Shown: positions 30,355-42,452, counted from the stretch's first letter. The stretch: DNA of 58,900 nt from an uncultured Erysipelotrichaceae bacterium (GCA_902780585.1 CACZGA010000003.1:1-58900), one strand, 5' to 3'. The notes: generated by a model from the letters alone, not told the origin. Program-made: numbers and translations.

Positions 30355-33300
30355 ATGAAAGTAATAAAATGTGATATTTGTGGTGGAGAAGTGGATTTTG
30401 ACGACGTTAGTATATTAAGCGATTTCACAAATCCATGTGAAAATATTGATTTATGTAAAAAGTGTTTAAGTGGTTACAGGGACTTGGAATCATCTTTTGA
30501 ACAAGACAGAAAAAAAATTCATAATGAATATGCAGAAAGAATGGAAACATTAATCAATAAATATAGAAAAGATATACTTAAGTATAAAGAAAGGATTGAT
30601 TAGAAATGGTGTTTTTAAAGTGGTTTTCGATTATATGGCTTATGCTTTCTGTATCATGTACGTTGTACTATCAAGCTGGTAAAAAAAGTAAATTTGGATT
30701 CATACTTACATTGTTAGTGTATACACCAATTATAGTATATTTATTTTTAAGTTAGATTATAAGGAGAAAGGTAATGGGTTATAACTACAGAATTTACGGA
30801 TGGGGATTAAAAGGAGGAATAGACCATATAGGCAACGCCAACACTTTAGAAAGTGCCTATGCTATGGGGAATAAGTTAAGTGCCAAAGAATACTATAATT
30901 ATTTACTAATACAGCACGACATAGAACGAGATAGTGACTTTCCTATAGACATGGTAATACTCGAAAGACCAAAAGTTAAGGAGAAAGAGAGAGATAAGCG
31001 ATGAGTAAAACTTATGATGAATGGTTAAAATATTATGAAAACATAACAAAAGAGCAAGTTATATTTGATATGATGTTAGATATGCAAGAAATAGAAAAAC
31101 TAAATAATATCATAAATGAATTAGAAAAATATTTTTTTGGGCAATTACAACTTTATGGTGGTGGAGGTATTGCACAAGAATATTATGATAAATTACAAGA
31201 ACTAAAAGGAGAGGATAAAGAGTAATGGAAGTATATGACGAATTAGAAAGGGCATTAAAAGAAATAGAAAGACTAAATGATATCATAAAAAGACTTGAAG
31301 AAGATTTAAAAGAAATGTATCTAACTTTTGGAGAGTTTAGTGAAGAATATACTGAAAATAAAATTAAGGAACTAAAAGGAAGCAGTAATAATGAATAATT
31401 ATAAAAACGATGAATGGATATTAAAAATATTATGGTTTGCATTGTTTGGTAAAAACGAAACAAATAAAGGAAGTGAAAGTAATGAGTGAAAAATTAGAAT
31501 ATGCAGATTTTTTAGAGAGTGGGGCATATGTTAAAAAATTAGAAGAAACATATAATAGATATTTAGATGTAAGAGATAAAAAATTAGTTGAATTTATGAA
31601 AGAAAACAAAAGACTACACTCTATCATAAAAGAAGTTAGAGAATATATAAAAAGTAACGAAAAAGAGTATGGCTCATTAGAAGATAATGAAAAGATAATT
31701 TTAGGAATATTAGATAAGGAAGTGAATTGATTATGAAATGTAAAGATTTAGTTTTAGCAAAATGTATAGAAAACATTGACTCTTGGGGAGATAAAAATAC
31801 AGGATTAGAAATTGGTAAATATTATGTTGTGGAAGAAATACATATTGGGCAAAGTAATTCAAGTATAAAAATAAATGGTAAAAGTTATAATTCAATATTG
31901 TTTGAATATTATGACAATTATTTAGAAAAAATTGATATATACCATTCTAAATATTCTCCATATTTTAATTTAGAAAGTCAGGTGTAAATAGATTATGAAA
32001 GATAAATATATAATTTTATTAAAATTTTATAATCGTTATTGGAGACCATATTTTAAAGATACAGGGTGGACTGATACGAACCCTAGTAAATTCCATTGTT
32101 TTGATTATGAATATGCGAAACAACTATACGATAAAGTATGTAAAAATTTTAGTACAAGTCAATGGATGCTAGTAAAGTTGGAAGAATTACATAATGCTCC
32201 ATTAGATGAGTTTAAATATATTAAAGGAGAATAAACAATGAAAAGTGCAAAAGAGATGTTTAGTGAACTTGGGTATTCTTGTAAAGAAGATGATGATTAT
32301 ATAGAGTATATTCAAAAAATAGAGGATTGTACTTATGAAATAGCCTTTGATCATGATACAGAATATATAGAGTTTTATTCTTATAGAGGTAATTTTGAAA
32401 AGAAATTTGATACTTATTTAAGCGTAGAAGAACTACAAGCCATAAATAAACAAGTAGAAGAATTGGGGTGGAAGTAATGCTTAAAATAAAAGATAATGTA
32501 GATTTGAAAGAGTTGGAGAAGTTTGGGTTTAGATATATTTGGGGTACAACTTGGGTTAATGATAAATTTAGAATTAATAATAATACAAGAAAAATAAGAA
32601 TTATTACGAATGGTAGTCCATACAATATTGATGCAATATACGACCTAATAAAAACCGACATGGTAGAGAAAGTAGAGGAGTGATGAGTAATGGAATTATG
32701 GATAAGAAGTCAAAACAAATTAAGTTTAACAAAAGTAAATAGTGTCGTTATTGATTATAATAACCAAAAAAAGTTAGTTGCTAATTATATGGAGTTTAAC
32801 GGTAGTGAAGATTATACACCACTTGGAGAATATGATACCGAAGAAAGAGCATTAGAAGTATTAGATGAGATACAAAATATATTAAAACCACAACTATTAG
32901 TAAGAAGAAATGATGATAATGACAAAGAGTTATTAGGTACATTGCAAAAAGGTGTTACGCAAAAATTAGATATGGAAGTTAAAGAATTATCAACTTATGT
33001 ATATGAAATGCCAAAGGAGTGATTATATGAAAGTAGGAGATTATGTAAGAACTAAATATGAAGGTGGTTCAATAGAAAAAATAATAAAAATATATCATAA
33101 AGAAGAAAACATTGATTTAATTGAAAGATATGCAACTGATATATCTATAAAATATAATTTGACTATTAATGAAGAAGAAATTATTAAATCAAGCCCAAAC
33201 ATAATAGACTTAATAGAAGTAGGAGATTATGTTAATGGTAAAAAAGTAATTGACAAATGGGAAGAACCTGATTGGTATGGTTATTTTATCAAATTAGAGG

Positions 33301-33658
33301 GAGAAGAAACAGTGCCAACTATTAGAAAAATTAAATCAATAGTAACAAAAGAACAATTTTCACAAATGGAATATAGGATAGGAGAGTGATTATGATGTTT
33401 TGGTTTTTTACAGTTGTAATAGCAATATTAATAGTATGGACTATATATTCACTTTGGGCAGTTTGGGATGATGACAGCCTAATAATATATTGTGAAGATA
33501 ATATTATTTTAAGGTTAAGCAAAATATATTGGTGGATAATATTAATTTCTTTTTTTGGGTCTATATTATTTGGTATCTCATTTCTTATTAGTAGTGGAAT
33601 ATGGTGTGGTGCTACAAACAATGATGATAATGTATGCACAATTTGGAGTAATGAATAA
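30355..33658 (+). other. Run of about 13 small, translationally coupled hypothetical genes
   Basis: ORFs at 30355, 30774, 31001, 31482, 31727, 31995, 32238, 32468, 32690, 32997 and 33386, mostly with AGGAG-type RBS. Confidence 0.65.
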
Positions 33659-33803
33659 TGTACGAACTATTAATAAGACTATACTATGAACTAGAATACA
33701 AAAAGTTCACGTTAGAAGATTTAAAAGAAATGAAAAAGATACTAAACCAATTCAATGGAGAAGTAGAAGAAGTAAAACTAAAAAGGGTAGAGGAGAAGAC
33801 AAA

Positions 33804-34124
33804 ATGAAAGAAGATTGTTTAAAAATCATAGAGCATTATGGAGTAAACCACCAACAAAGAAAGTTAGCAGAAGAAGTGTTTGAATTACAAGAAGCTATTA
33901 CAAAGTATGAATTTGCAAACGACGACAACAAAGCATTAAAGGAACTTGGAGAAGGCAACAAATGGGATACATACTTTTTTAAAAACAACATAGTAGAAGA
34001 ACTTGCAGATGTTATGGTGCTTTTAAGACAATTTCAAGCACACTACAACATAGATGCCGACCAACTAGGAACGATAATGTATAACAAGATACAAAGAACA
34101 CTAAAAAGAATGGAGAAAGAGTAA
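33804..34124 (+). CDS. MazG-like nucleotide pyrophosphohydrolase
   Basis: KLAEEVFELQEAI...IVEELADV. Confidence 0.75.
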   Translation: MKEDCLKIIEHYGVNHQQRKLAEEVFELQEAITKYEFANDDNKALKELGEGNKWDTYFFKNNIVEELADVMVLLRQFQAHYNIDADQLGTIMYNKIQRTLKRMEKE

Positions 34125-34369
34125 TGAGCGAAAAAGAGAAAGCGATAAAATGGCTTAAAGAAAAAACGTTGGACTTAAGGATCGATAGCGAAAGTTTGAA
34201 TTATTTGATAACACTTAAATATCTGATAGAAAATCAAAAAGATAAAATCGAATTATTAGATGATAAAATTAAAAGAATAGAATCTTATTTAGAAAAACAA
34301 CCAAACGTACCAATAGACATTTTAGTGAACATTAAAAATATTATTTATGAGGAGATTGATACTGAATGA
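34124..34369 (+). CDS. Hypothetical protein
   Basis: 81-aa coupled ORF. Confidence 0.55.
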   Translation: MSEKEKAIKWLKEKTLDLRIDSESLNYLITLKYLIENQKDKIELLDDKIKRIESYLEKQPNVPIDILVNIKNIIYEEIDTE

Positions 34370-35181
34370 AGTTATACAATGACGATTGTTTGATAGCTCT
34401 GAAAGAAATCCCAGATGAATCAATAGATTGTGTTGTAACGGATTGTCCTTATCATATTATAAGTGGAGGATGTACCACAGGCGCTTACGGTAATCCAAGT
34501 GGAATTTTGAATCACGATTATAAAAAGCGAGAATATGAAAAAAGAGAAGATGGTATTGAGTATCTTAAAGGTACTAAACATCAAACATTACATGGTGTTT
34601 TACACGATTCAATAACATATACTAGACAAGGTAAGTTATTTAAATATAATGATATAAAGTTTGAAGATTGGTTACCAGAAATATATAGAGTCTTAAAACA
34701 AAATACGCATTGTTACATTATGATAAATCCAAGGAATTTAGCAGAGCTTCAAACAAAAGCTGAGAAAGTTGGTTTTAAGTTCCAACAAATATTAATATGG
34801 GTGAAAAACAATTCAACACCTAATAGATATTATTTAAATTCCTATGAAATGATATTGATGCTTAGAAAAGGAAAAGCTAAAAACATAAATCACATGGGTA
34901 CTAAAAACATACTACAAATAAATAATATTATTGGTAATAAGAAACATCCAACAGAAAAGCCGGTAGAATTGATGGAAATATTAATTGACAATTCGACGGG
35001 GGGGGGGCAAGTAGTTCTTGATCCATTTATGGGCGCGGGTTCAACAGGTATAGCTTGTAAAAATTTAGGTAGAGATTTCGTTGGTATGGAGATTGATGAA
35101 AAATATTTCAAGATAGCAGAAGAAAGAATATATAATAAAGATAGTAAGCAGGAAAAGTTAGACTTTTCAGATTTAGATTAA
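34366..35181 (+). CDS. DNA amino-methyltransferase (N4-C/N6-A, beta class)
   Basis: TDCPY catalytic motif, HPTEKP, DPFMGAGSTG. Confidence 0.9.
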   Translation: MKLYNDDCLIALKEIPDESIDCVVTDCPYHIISGGCTTGAYGNPSGILNHDYKKREYEKREDGIEYLKGTKHQTLHGVLHDSITYTRQGKLFKYNDIKFEDWLPEIYRVLKQNTHCYIMINPRNLAELQTKAEKVGFKFQQILIWVKNNSTPNRYYLNSYEMILMLRKGKAKNINHMGTKNILQINNIIGNKKHPTEKPVELMEILIDNSTGGGQVVLDPFMGAGSTGIACKNLGRDFVGMEIDEKYFKIAEERIYNKDSKQEKLDFSDLD

Positions 35182-35201
35182 AAGATAGGAGTGAATAGAA
35201 A

Positions 35202-35999
35202 ATGATAGAAAAAGTAAATCCAAGCCATCCAGATAAAGTGGCAGATAGAATTGCAGGTGCAATAGTTGATTTAGCTTATACAAAAGAAGAAAATCCAAAG
35301 GTAGCAGTGGAAGTATTGATAGGACATGGAGATTGTAATGTTATTATAGAAAGTTCAGTTAATTTTGATTATAGTGAAATACAACCAATAGTATATAGAA
35401 TAGCGGGAGCAGGAATAGATACAAAATTAAATTGTTTACCACAAGATGAACACCTAGCAGAAAATCAAAGCAAAGAAATAAGATGTGGAGATAATGGAAT
35501 ATTTAAAGGAGTGCCATTAACAGATAATGAAAAGGAAATAAGTGAATTAGCTAGAGATATTTATGATAAATATAATAGTGATGGCAAGTATATATTGACT
35601 GATAATAAAGTAATAATATGTCAAAGTAATGCTGATAATCTTACATTAAAAGCATTTGGTATAGCATTTAGACCAGAAGTAATAGTAAATCCATTAGGAG
35701 AATGGACAGGTGGAATTGATGTTGATACAGGAGCAACAAATAGAAAGTTAGGCTCTGATATGGCTCAATCCGTAACAGGTGGAGGATTACATGGTAAAGA
35801 TTTGTCAAAGGCTGATGTATCAGTAAACATTTATGCTTTCCTAAAGGCACAGAAAACAGGCGAAGTAGTAGAATTATGCTGTGCAATAGGAGATGACACA
35901 ATAGACGGAAAACCATATAGCGAAATAGTAGAAATAGCAAGAAAATACATACAAGACGTAGGTGGGTTCGAAAAGTTTGCAGAATGGGGATTATTCTAA
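35202..35999 (+). CDS. metK: S-adenosylmethionine synthetase (compact)
   Basis: HPDKVADRIA, GDNG, DTGATNRKL, GGGLHGKDLSKADVS. Confidence 0.9.
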   Translation: MIEKVNPSHPDKVADRIAGAIVDLAYTKEENPKVAVEVLIGHGDCNVIIESSVNFDYSEIQPIVYRIAGAGIDTKLNCLPQDEHLAENQSKEIRCGDNGIFKGVPLTDNEKEISELARDIYDKYNSDGKYILTDNKVIICQSNADNLTLKAFGIAFRPEVIVNPLGEWTGGIDVDTGATNRKLGSDMAQSVTGGGLHGKDLSKADVSVNIYAFLKAQKTGEVVELCCAIGDDTIDGKPYSEIVEIARKYIQDVGGFEKFAEWGLF

Positions 36000-37979
36000 A
36001 TGAATGATTTGAAGAGAAATCTCTGTAATTATTTAATTAAAAACGATATGGTTAAGCAATATGATATTATAAAACATAGTTATACTAATGCTAGATTTAA
36101 TGATTGGTTACACAGAAACGTTGAATGTAATAATATAAGCCCGACATTAGATACTAGGTGTGATTGTTTAGGAGTGGTGGTGAATGATATGTCAATAGAG
36201 TGCATTGGTGGTATCGGAGAAAAAAAGTCGAACAATGGTACACAATGGTATCAGCAAAATAGAATATATGATGGGGATATATCTATTTCCGTTACAACGT
36301 CTTTCAACCCTTATTATTTAATAAAAGAAAAAAGGACAAAAGGAGACGACATGCTTAAAGGTGGAAAACAAATAAAAGAAACGATAGAAAAGAATATTAA
36401 CAAATTTATGGAGGGAAAAGTACTTAATATGGATTTATATAATAGGAAAGTAAATGAAGAGTTAAGTCAAACTCTTACGATGCCTAATCATAACTCACAA
36501 AGATTATATGATGGTTTGAGAATAAGAAAATTAACACCAAAAGAATGTTTCAGACTCATGGGTGTTAAAGATGTAGATAGTGATAAATTGGATCATTTAA
36601 GTAATGCGACAAAGTACCATTTAGCCGGTGATTCAATAGTTGTAAATGTTTTACAAGCTATCTTTAAGTCAATATTAATTGATCATCCTATTGTGAATCA
36701 AAAACCAATTAGACTTATAGAGCTGTTTGGTGGTTATGGGAGTCAAGCACTTGCTTTAAAATATTTGGGTATTGATTTTGAACATTGGAAACTATGTGAG
36801 TGGGCAATAAACTCAATAGATGCTTATAAAAACATACATTTTTCAAATGACAATGAGAATTATAGCGAAGTATGGGAAAAAGAAGATTTGATAGAATACT
36901 TATACAATAAAGGTGTTTCAAGTAATTGGAACGAACCCATGAAAGAAACCGCCATAAGAAGAAAATCAGAGAAAGAATTAAGAAAAATATTTAATAATTG
37001 CAAAATTACGCATAATTTGATAAACATACAACAAGTTCACGCAAAAGACTTAGATATTAAAGAAAGAGAGAAATATAATTATATCTTAACATACTCATTC
37101 CCATGTCAGGATTTGAGTTTGGCTGGAAAAGGGGCTGGGATGGAAAAAGGAAGCGGTACTCGCTCTGGTATGTTATGGGAAGTTGAAAGAATACTTAAAG
37201 AGTGCGACAATGAACTACCACAAATACTTTTAATGGAGAATGTCCCACAAGTGGTTGGAAAGAGAAATAAAGAAGATTTTGATAAATGGGTAAATTTTTT
37301 AGAAAGCAAAGGCTATACAAATAAATGGTATATGTTGAACGCTAAAGAAGTGGGTTACCCAGAACCAATACCACAAAATAGAAATCGTTGTTTTATGATA
37401 AGTGTTTTAAATCCAATACAAGATATAATATTTCCTGAAAAAACAGAAAGAAAAATGATGTTAAAAGATTTATTAGAAGAGCAAGTTGATGAAAAATATT
37501 ATTTGTCTGATAAGATGATTAATTGTTTCATGAGCGATGGTACTGGAAATTATCCTCGTAAAGAAAGATTTTTACAAAACATAAATAGAGAAAATCAAGA
37601 TGTTGGTAATAGTGTTACTACATTGGCTGGTAATCGTCCTACAGATAATTTTGTTGTGAATCACTATAAAAATTTTGAACGCGATAACGGATATATACCA
37701 GATATGTTTAATCCGTATCATGAGAAAGAAATCAATGATGTTGCTCCGACGCAAACAACAACTTGTGGTAATACAACAAGTTCAAGTAGTATATTAATAA
37801 AAAATGCAACAAAACAGGGATACTTAGAAGCTTATGAGGGTGATGGTGTAGACATATCATCTCGCATGGAGTATCATCGTGGTAATGTACAGAGAGAGAG
37901 TATCCAAACAATAACAACAAGCGGTGGAAACGATCGAGGTGTGGTTATAAAAGATAATAGATGGTCTGATTTAGATTAG
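36000..37979 (+). CDS. DNA cytosine-5 methyltransferase, circularly permuted, M.SssI/M.MpeI-like core
   Basis: RKLTPKECFRLMG and AGDSI (motifs IX-X) precede ELFGGYG (I), SFPCQDLS (IV), MENV (VI) and QNRNRCF (VIII). Confidence 0.88.
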   Translation: MNDLKRNLCNYLIKNDMVKQYDIIKHSYTNARFNDWLHRNVECNNISPTLDTRCDCLGVVVNDMSIECIGGIGEKKSNNGTQWYQQNRIYDGDISISVTTSFNPYYLIKEKRTKGDDMLKGGKQIKETIEKNINKFMEGKVLNMDLYNRKVNEELSQTLTMPNHNSQRLYDGLRIRKLTPKECFRLMGVKDVDSDKLDHLSNATKYHLAGDSIVVNVLQAIFKSILIDHPIVNQKPIRLIELFGGYGSQALALKYLGIDFEHWKLCEWAINSIDAYKNIHFSNDNENYSEVWEKEDLIEYLYNKGVSSNWNEPMKETAIRRKSEKELRKIFNNCKITHNLINIQQVHAKDLDIKEREKYNYILTYSFPCQDLSLAGKGAGMEKGSGTRSGMLWEVERILKECDNELPQILLMENVPQVVGKRNKEDFDKWVNFLESKGYTNKWYMLNAKEVGYPEPIPQNRNRCFMISVLNPIQDIIFPEKTERKMMLKDLLEEQVDEKYYLSDKMINCFMSDGTGNYPRKERFLQNINRENQDVGNSVTTLAGNRPTDNFVVNHYKNFERDNGYIPDMFNPYHEKEINDVAPTQTTTCGNTTSSSSILIKNATKQGYLEAYEGDGVDISSRMEYHRGNVQRESIQTITTSGGNDRGVVIKDNRWSDLD

Positions 37980-38004
37980 AAGTGTAAACATCGAAACTTT
38001 ATTA

Positions 38005-38033
38005 TTGACTATTGTAATATATTATGTTATATT
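38005..38033 (+). promoter_or_regulatory. Promoter of the conserved-spacer class
   Basis: TTGACT attgtaatatattatgt TATATT. Confidence 0.7.
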
Positions 38034-38084
38034 TATAATGTAATAAGACAGAAAGAAGGGTTTAAAATTAAAAAGAAATTATTC

Positions 38085-38720
38085 GTGGGGGTTTCGTTGT
38101 TTATACTTCTTTTATTTATCGTTTCAATATATAAAATAAACGTGGCTAGGGAGATAATAGTAAATAGTTTAGACAAACAAGCTAAGGAAAGTCAAAAATT
38201 CGTCAAAGAGCCTAAAGAAGAAACTTTAGAGATTACTATTGATGAAAAACAAGAAGACGCAGAAACAATTAAGTCAGAAGAAATACAAAATGAAGTAGAA
38301 ATACAAGATGCAAATATTCAAGAAAACGCGTCTTATCAAGAACCAATAAGCGTAGATACGTCTTACATAACAAGAATGACTTCCTTTTGGGCTAATGACG
38401 GCTACGGAACAGGAGAATGTACTGGTAGTGGTAAATGTTCTTGGGATTTTCAAATAAATGAAAAAGGTTGGTATACTTGGCAAGGAAAACTTGTAGTGGC
38501 AACTGCTACGACATATCTTGCAAATCAAGGTTGGTATACTGCACCAGGTGTTCATTTGTACAAATATTATGAAGAATTAGTTTTAACAATTGATGGTGTT
38601 GATTACGATGCTATAATTCTTGATTCGTGTGGATCAAGTATGAAAACAGACAGAATTGATTTATTTGTATCAAACGGAAGTAGCGCTAGAGATGCTACTA
38701 TAAACGTTAGAAAGAAATAA
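38085..38720 (+). CDS. Membrane-anchored 3D/RlpA-like (double-psi barrel) cell-wall protein
   Basis: N-terminal TM segment, acidic linker, ILDSCG...RIDLFV. Confidence 0.6.
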   Translation: MGVSLFILLLFIVSIYKINVAREIIVNSLDKQAKESQKFVKEPKEETLEITIDEKQEDAETIKSEEIQNEVEIQDANIQENASYQEPISVDTSYITRMTSFWANDGYGTGECTGSGKCSWDFQINEKGWYTWQGKLVVATATTYLANQGWYTAPGVHLYKYYEELVLTIDGVDYDAIILDSCGSSMKTDRIDLFVSNGSSARDATINVRKK

Positions 38721-38861
38721 TGGTGAGGTTAGTTATGATTGTGGTGATATTGAGAAAAGACAAAAGTGTCACAATAAGAGTGTTTAAAAGAAAGTTTATA
38801 TCATATTTTTTATGTATTATTTTTCATAAGTTTTTAGGATATGAAGTTGAGGAGGTAAACG

Positions 38862-41466
38862 ATGTCTGATAGAAAGAGACAAGAATACGCATTATATAAA
38901 GGCGATAAATTACTTGCTATTGGAACAAGTAACGAAATATGTGAGCAGATGAATATCAGTATCAGGACGTTTTGGTACTATAGCTCAAAATTTTATGAAA
39001 AGAATAGAGTCAAAAATAAAGAAACATGGAGAACTGTAGTGAAGATAAACGATGGTGAGTAGTGAAACATTAAAGGTAAGGTTAAGGAGAATGGATGATG
39101 GAATTATGGGCAAGAAAGAGACCAATTCAAGGTAAGGGAAATAAATATGAGATGATATTAAGATTTGAAAACGAAGAATATATTTATACAGCTTTTGATA
39201 TTCTTGATAGAGATATTTATCAAGAGGCTATGATTATAAAAGATAATAATTGTGTTGCATATGTTGAATTTGAAGAACCATATGTAAAAAGGAGGTAGTT
39301 ATGATAGAATTTTGTTTAGGATTTTTAATAGGTGTATTTGTTATTTGTTGTGTAGTTATAAGCAGAGATGAATAAAAAAAATAAATTTATATATTGACTA
39401 TTATAATATATTATGTTATATTTTATTTAGTTAATGATTTAACTAGAAAGAGAGTGAAGAAAAATGAAAGAATTTGGAAGCAGAATTTATGAACACTTGA
39501 TAACTAAAAGAAAGTACAATAAGCTACAAATTAAGCTTGATGTTAAAACAGAAGAGTATGATAAGAAAGTGATTGAATTAAATCAAGAAAGAAGAAAGCA
39601 TAAAATACTACAAGATATTTGGGAAAAAGATTTAAAAGCACAAGAAGAAGAAATTGTTGAGTTAAAAAGGAAATTAAACGCAAGAAAATCCAAAAAGAAA
39701 GAAAGTGGTAAAAATGAAAAAGAAGAAAATGCCGTTAGATAATGTAATATGTGATTGTGGATATCAAAATCATAAAAGCAATGTGGACAAATATGGTACA
39801 TGCAAGTTTTGTGGAAAGGTCTTGAACCCTAAAGCCAAATTTGATTATGAGATGTTTTGTAAGCTAAGATTATGGAGGAAATCAAAATGAAAGTTAGAGA
39901 AATAAAAGACAATGAAATAAACATTGTTCTACATTATTATTTTCAACATAAAAAAGATTTTATAGGGATATGTTTGTTTGAGGATTTTGTTGAACAATAT
40001 TGTCGTAGATGTGATAAATGTAATAAAGTTATTTGCATTTTAGATATGTGTGAGGAGTGTGATAGTAAGAAAGAATACGATCGTGAATTAGAATGTTTCG
40101 ATAGGAATAAAGAATATTACGTATATGGAATAGGAGAGATTTGAAATGTGTGAGATAAATAGTGCAGAGAAAATATTTTTAAGTAAATTAGAGATTTTAT
40201 TGAGTAAGTTTGATGAAATTGATGCTATAAATGAAGAAATACAGCAGATAATTGATGACGAACCTGAAAAACAAAGACAGCTTGACTTGCTTTTGAGTGA
40301 TTATTATCACTTATTAGAAAGTGACGATTTAAGTGATATTGAAATACTTAATGTTGGTAAAAAAATACACGATACGAGAACATTGCGTAGAGACGAAAAT
40401 AGGGTTTCCACTTTAATTGCTTGTTATGAACAGCATAAAAACAAATTGCAATATTCTGTCAAACCTAATAGAGATATGTTTAGACAAGCTATGAGATTAA
40501 AAACAAAAAATTTACACGAAGATTATAAATATAGAATATTGACAGATAATGATTTCGAAAGTTTTAAAGCAAATGGTGATGTTTGTTTTAATGCTCATAA
40601 AAAAAAGAAAAAATTTATAACAAAAGAGCAGATAGAAGAATGTATTAGAGATGGCGTTAGGACGAATGATATGGCTAAAAAATTTGATGTGACAGCCTCT
40701 TATATAAGTCGTCTTAAAAAGAAATATGGTTTAGATAAGGAGAGTTTACGTGAAGCAAGAATTAGCAATTAAAGTTTATGATATTGATTATAGTTTTATA
40801 TTAAAGAATTATTTAGATCCGCAACTTTGGACTAAAGAATGGACGTTATTTGTATATAAAGACGTGTCTTTTGTTATATTTTTAAAAAGTATTGATACTA
40901 GAAACAGAAGTATTGACTTTGCGGTGAGAAGCGAACATACCATTAATGGTAATAAAGATCATGACACGGCAACGTTTTCATATAATCTGGGTAATAGTAA
41001 TATAGAAAGTTTGAAACGACAAATAAGAGGTTCTATGGAAAGTCTTATAGGTATAATGGAAAACTATTCTATATATAGCACTAAAGAATATCAAAAAGCG
41101 CGTGATTTAGAACGTGAACACAATAGTAGGTTAAAAGATAGAGCGGAACAATATTTAGACTCTAATGGTATATATTTATCAGAAGTTAGAGATGCTTATA
41201 TTGATTATTACACAAATAAGATGAGTTATAGTTACACTCAAAATGTTATGTCCGCGATGAAGTATGATTTGTTGTTTGATGTATATATGATATTTTATAA
41301 AGCAACAGGGCAAATGGATAAATTTGAAAAATTAAAAGATACATATGCGAGAAAACATTATAATGAATATCAGAATGTTATGGAAGAAATAGAAGAAAAA
41401 TTAAAGTATTTAGAAACAGAAGAATACGAAGAAGAATTAGATTCTGGACTTGATAGTATTATGTAA
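38862..41466 (+). other. Cluster of hypothetical genes (38862, 39095, 39464, 39705, 39872, 40146 with C-terminal HTH, 40750)
   Basis: Coupled ORFs with RBS; two carry CxxC zinc-finger-like motifs. Confidence 0.65.
39394..39422 (+). promoter_or_regulatory. Promoter of the conserved-spacer class
   Basis: TTGACT attataatatattatgt TATATT. Confidence 0.7.
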
Positions 41467-41478
41467 AGGATTGATGTT

Positions 41479-42288
41479 ATGAATAAATGGAAATACTTAG
41501 AAGAGCATTATATCAATAAAGGTTTTAAAATATTTCCTGTTGTTGAAAATGGAAAGACGCCGTTGATAGAAAAGTGGCAAGAAGATTGCTCTTGTGACTT
41601 CTTTCAAGTCTTATATTGGTATGAAACATTTCCAAATTGTAATTGGGGTCTTCCTTGTACACCTAACAATTTATTTGTTTTGGATTTAGACAAACACGAC
41701 CCCAATAAAGATGGCGTTGAAAATTTTGCTAAAATATTGGATAAAATTTTTACAGACGACGACTATGACGACTTTGCCACGTGTCAACAAGTAACACCAA
41801 GTGGCGGAGAACATTATATATTTTATAGTGATGATGAATTGAAAAATGTGGCTAATGGTAGCAACGTGTTTAAGGATTATCCTGGAATAGACATCAGAAC
41901 GGACGGTTATATATTGGTACAACCAAGTGAAATAAATGGTAAAAAATATAATTTCGATACAATTGGAGATTGTGAGCCACAAAAAATGAAGAGTAAATTA
42001 AAAAAATTCATACTTAAAAACGTCAATCTAAAAAGCGATATCAATAAAGAACCATACAAAAAACCAACTTCTGTTGAAGTCGGCGATAGAGACAATCAAT
42101 TGTTTTCTTATATAAACAATGTTTATTATAAAACAAGATTGGATTATGACGAAGTGCTTTGTCTTGCTAAAAATTTTAACGAAACTGTTCTTGAAAAACC
42201 ATTTCCTGATCGTGTTGTTGAATACAAAACAAAAAAAGTTTTTGACAAAGATAGAGGTAAAGTTATTTTTATAAATCTTGGGGAATGA
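41479..42288 (+). CDS. Bifunctional primase-polymerase (Prim-Pol) domain protein
   Basis: IFPV...GKTP, NWGL, VLDLD, TPSGGEHYIF, IDIR.DGYILVQPS. Confidence 0.85.
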   Translation: MNKWKYLEEHYINKGFKIFPVVENGKTPLIEKWQEDCSCDFFQVLYWYETFPNCNWGLPCTPNNLFVLDLDKHDPNKDGVENFAKILDKIFTDDDYDDFATCQQVTPSGGEHYIFYSDDELKNVANGSNVFKDYPGIDIRTDGYILVQPSEINGKKYNFDTIGDCEPQKMKSKLKKFILKNVNLKSDINKEPYKKPTSVEVGDRDNQLFSYINNVYYKTRLDYDEVLCLAKNFNETVLEKPFPDRVVEYKTKKVFDKDRGKVIFINLGE

Positions 42289-42356
42289 AAAATCCCCACC
42301 GAAGTGGGGATAAATGAGATAATTTTGTGCAGATTGAAGAAATCAACCAAACACAT
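42288..42356 (-). ncRNA. Small RNA candidate (about 65 nt)
   Basis: TTGACA-17-TATAAT promoter at 42361-42389 and an AUCCCCAC-UUCG-GUGGGGAU-U4 terminator. Confidence 0.55.
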
Positions 42357-42406
42357 TTTTATTATACCATTATAAACCAAATGTGTCAAAAAAGCAAAAT
42401 ATATGG

Positions 42407-42435
42407 TTGACTATTATGATATATTGTGATATATT
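42407..42435 (+). promoter_or_regulatory. Promoter of the conserved-spacer class
   Basis: TTGACT attatgatatattgtga TATATT. Confidence 0.7.
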
Positions 42436-42452
42436 AATATTACGAGAGGAGA

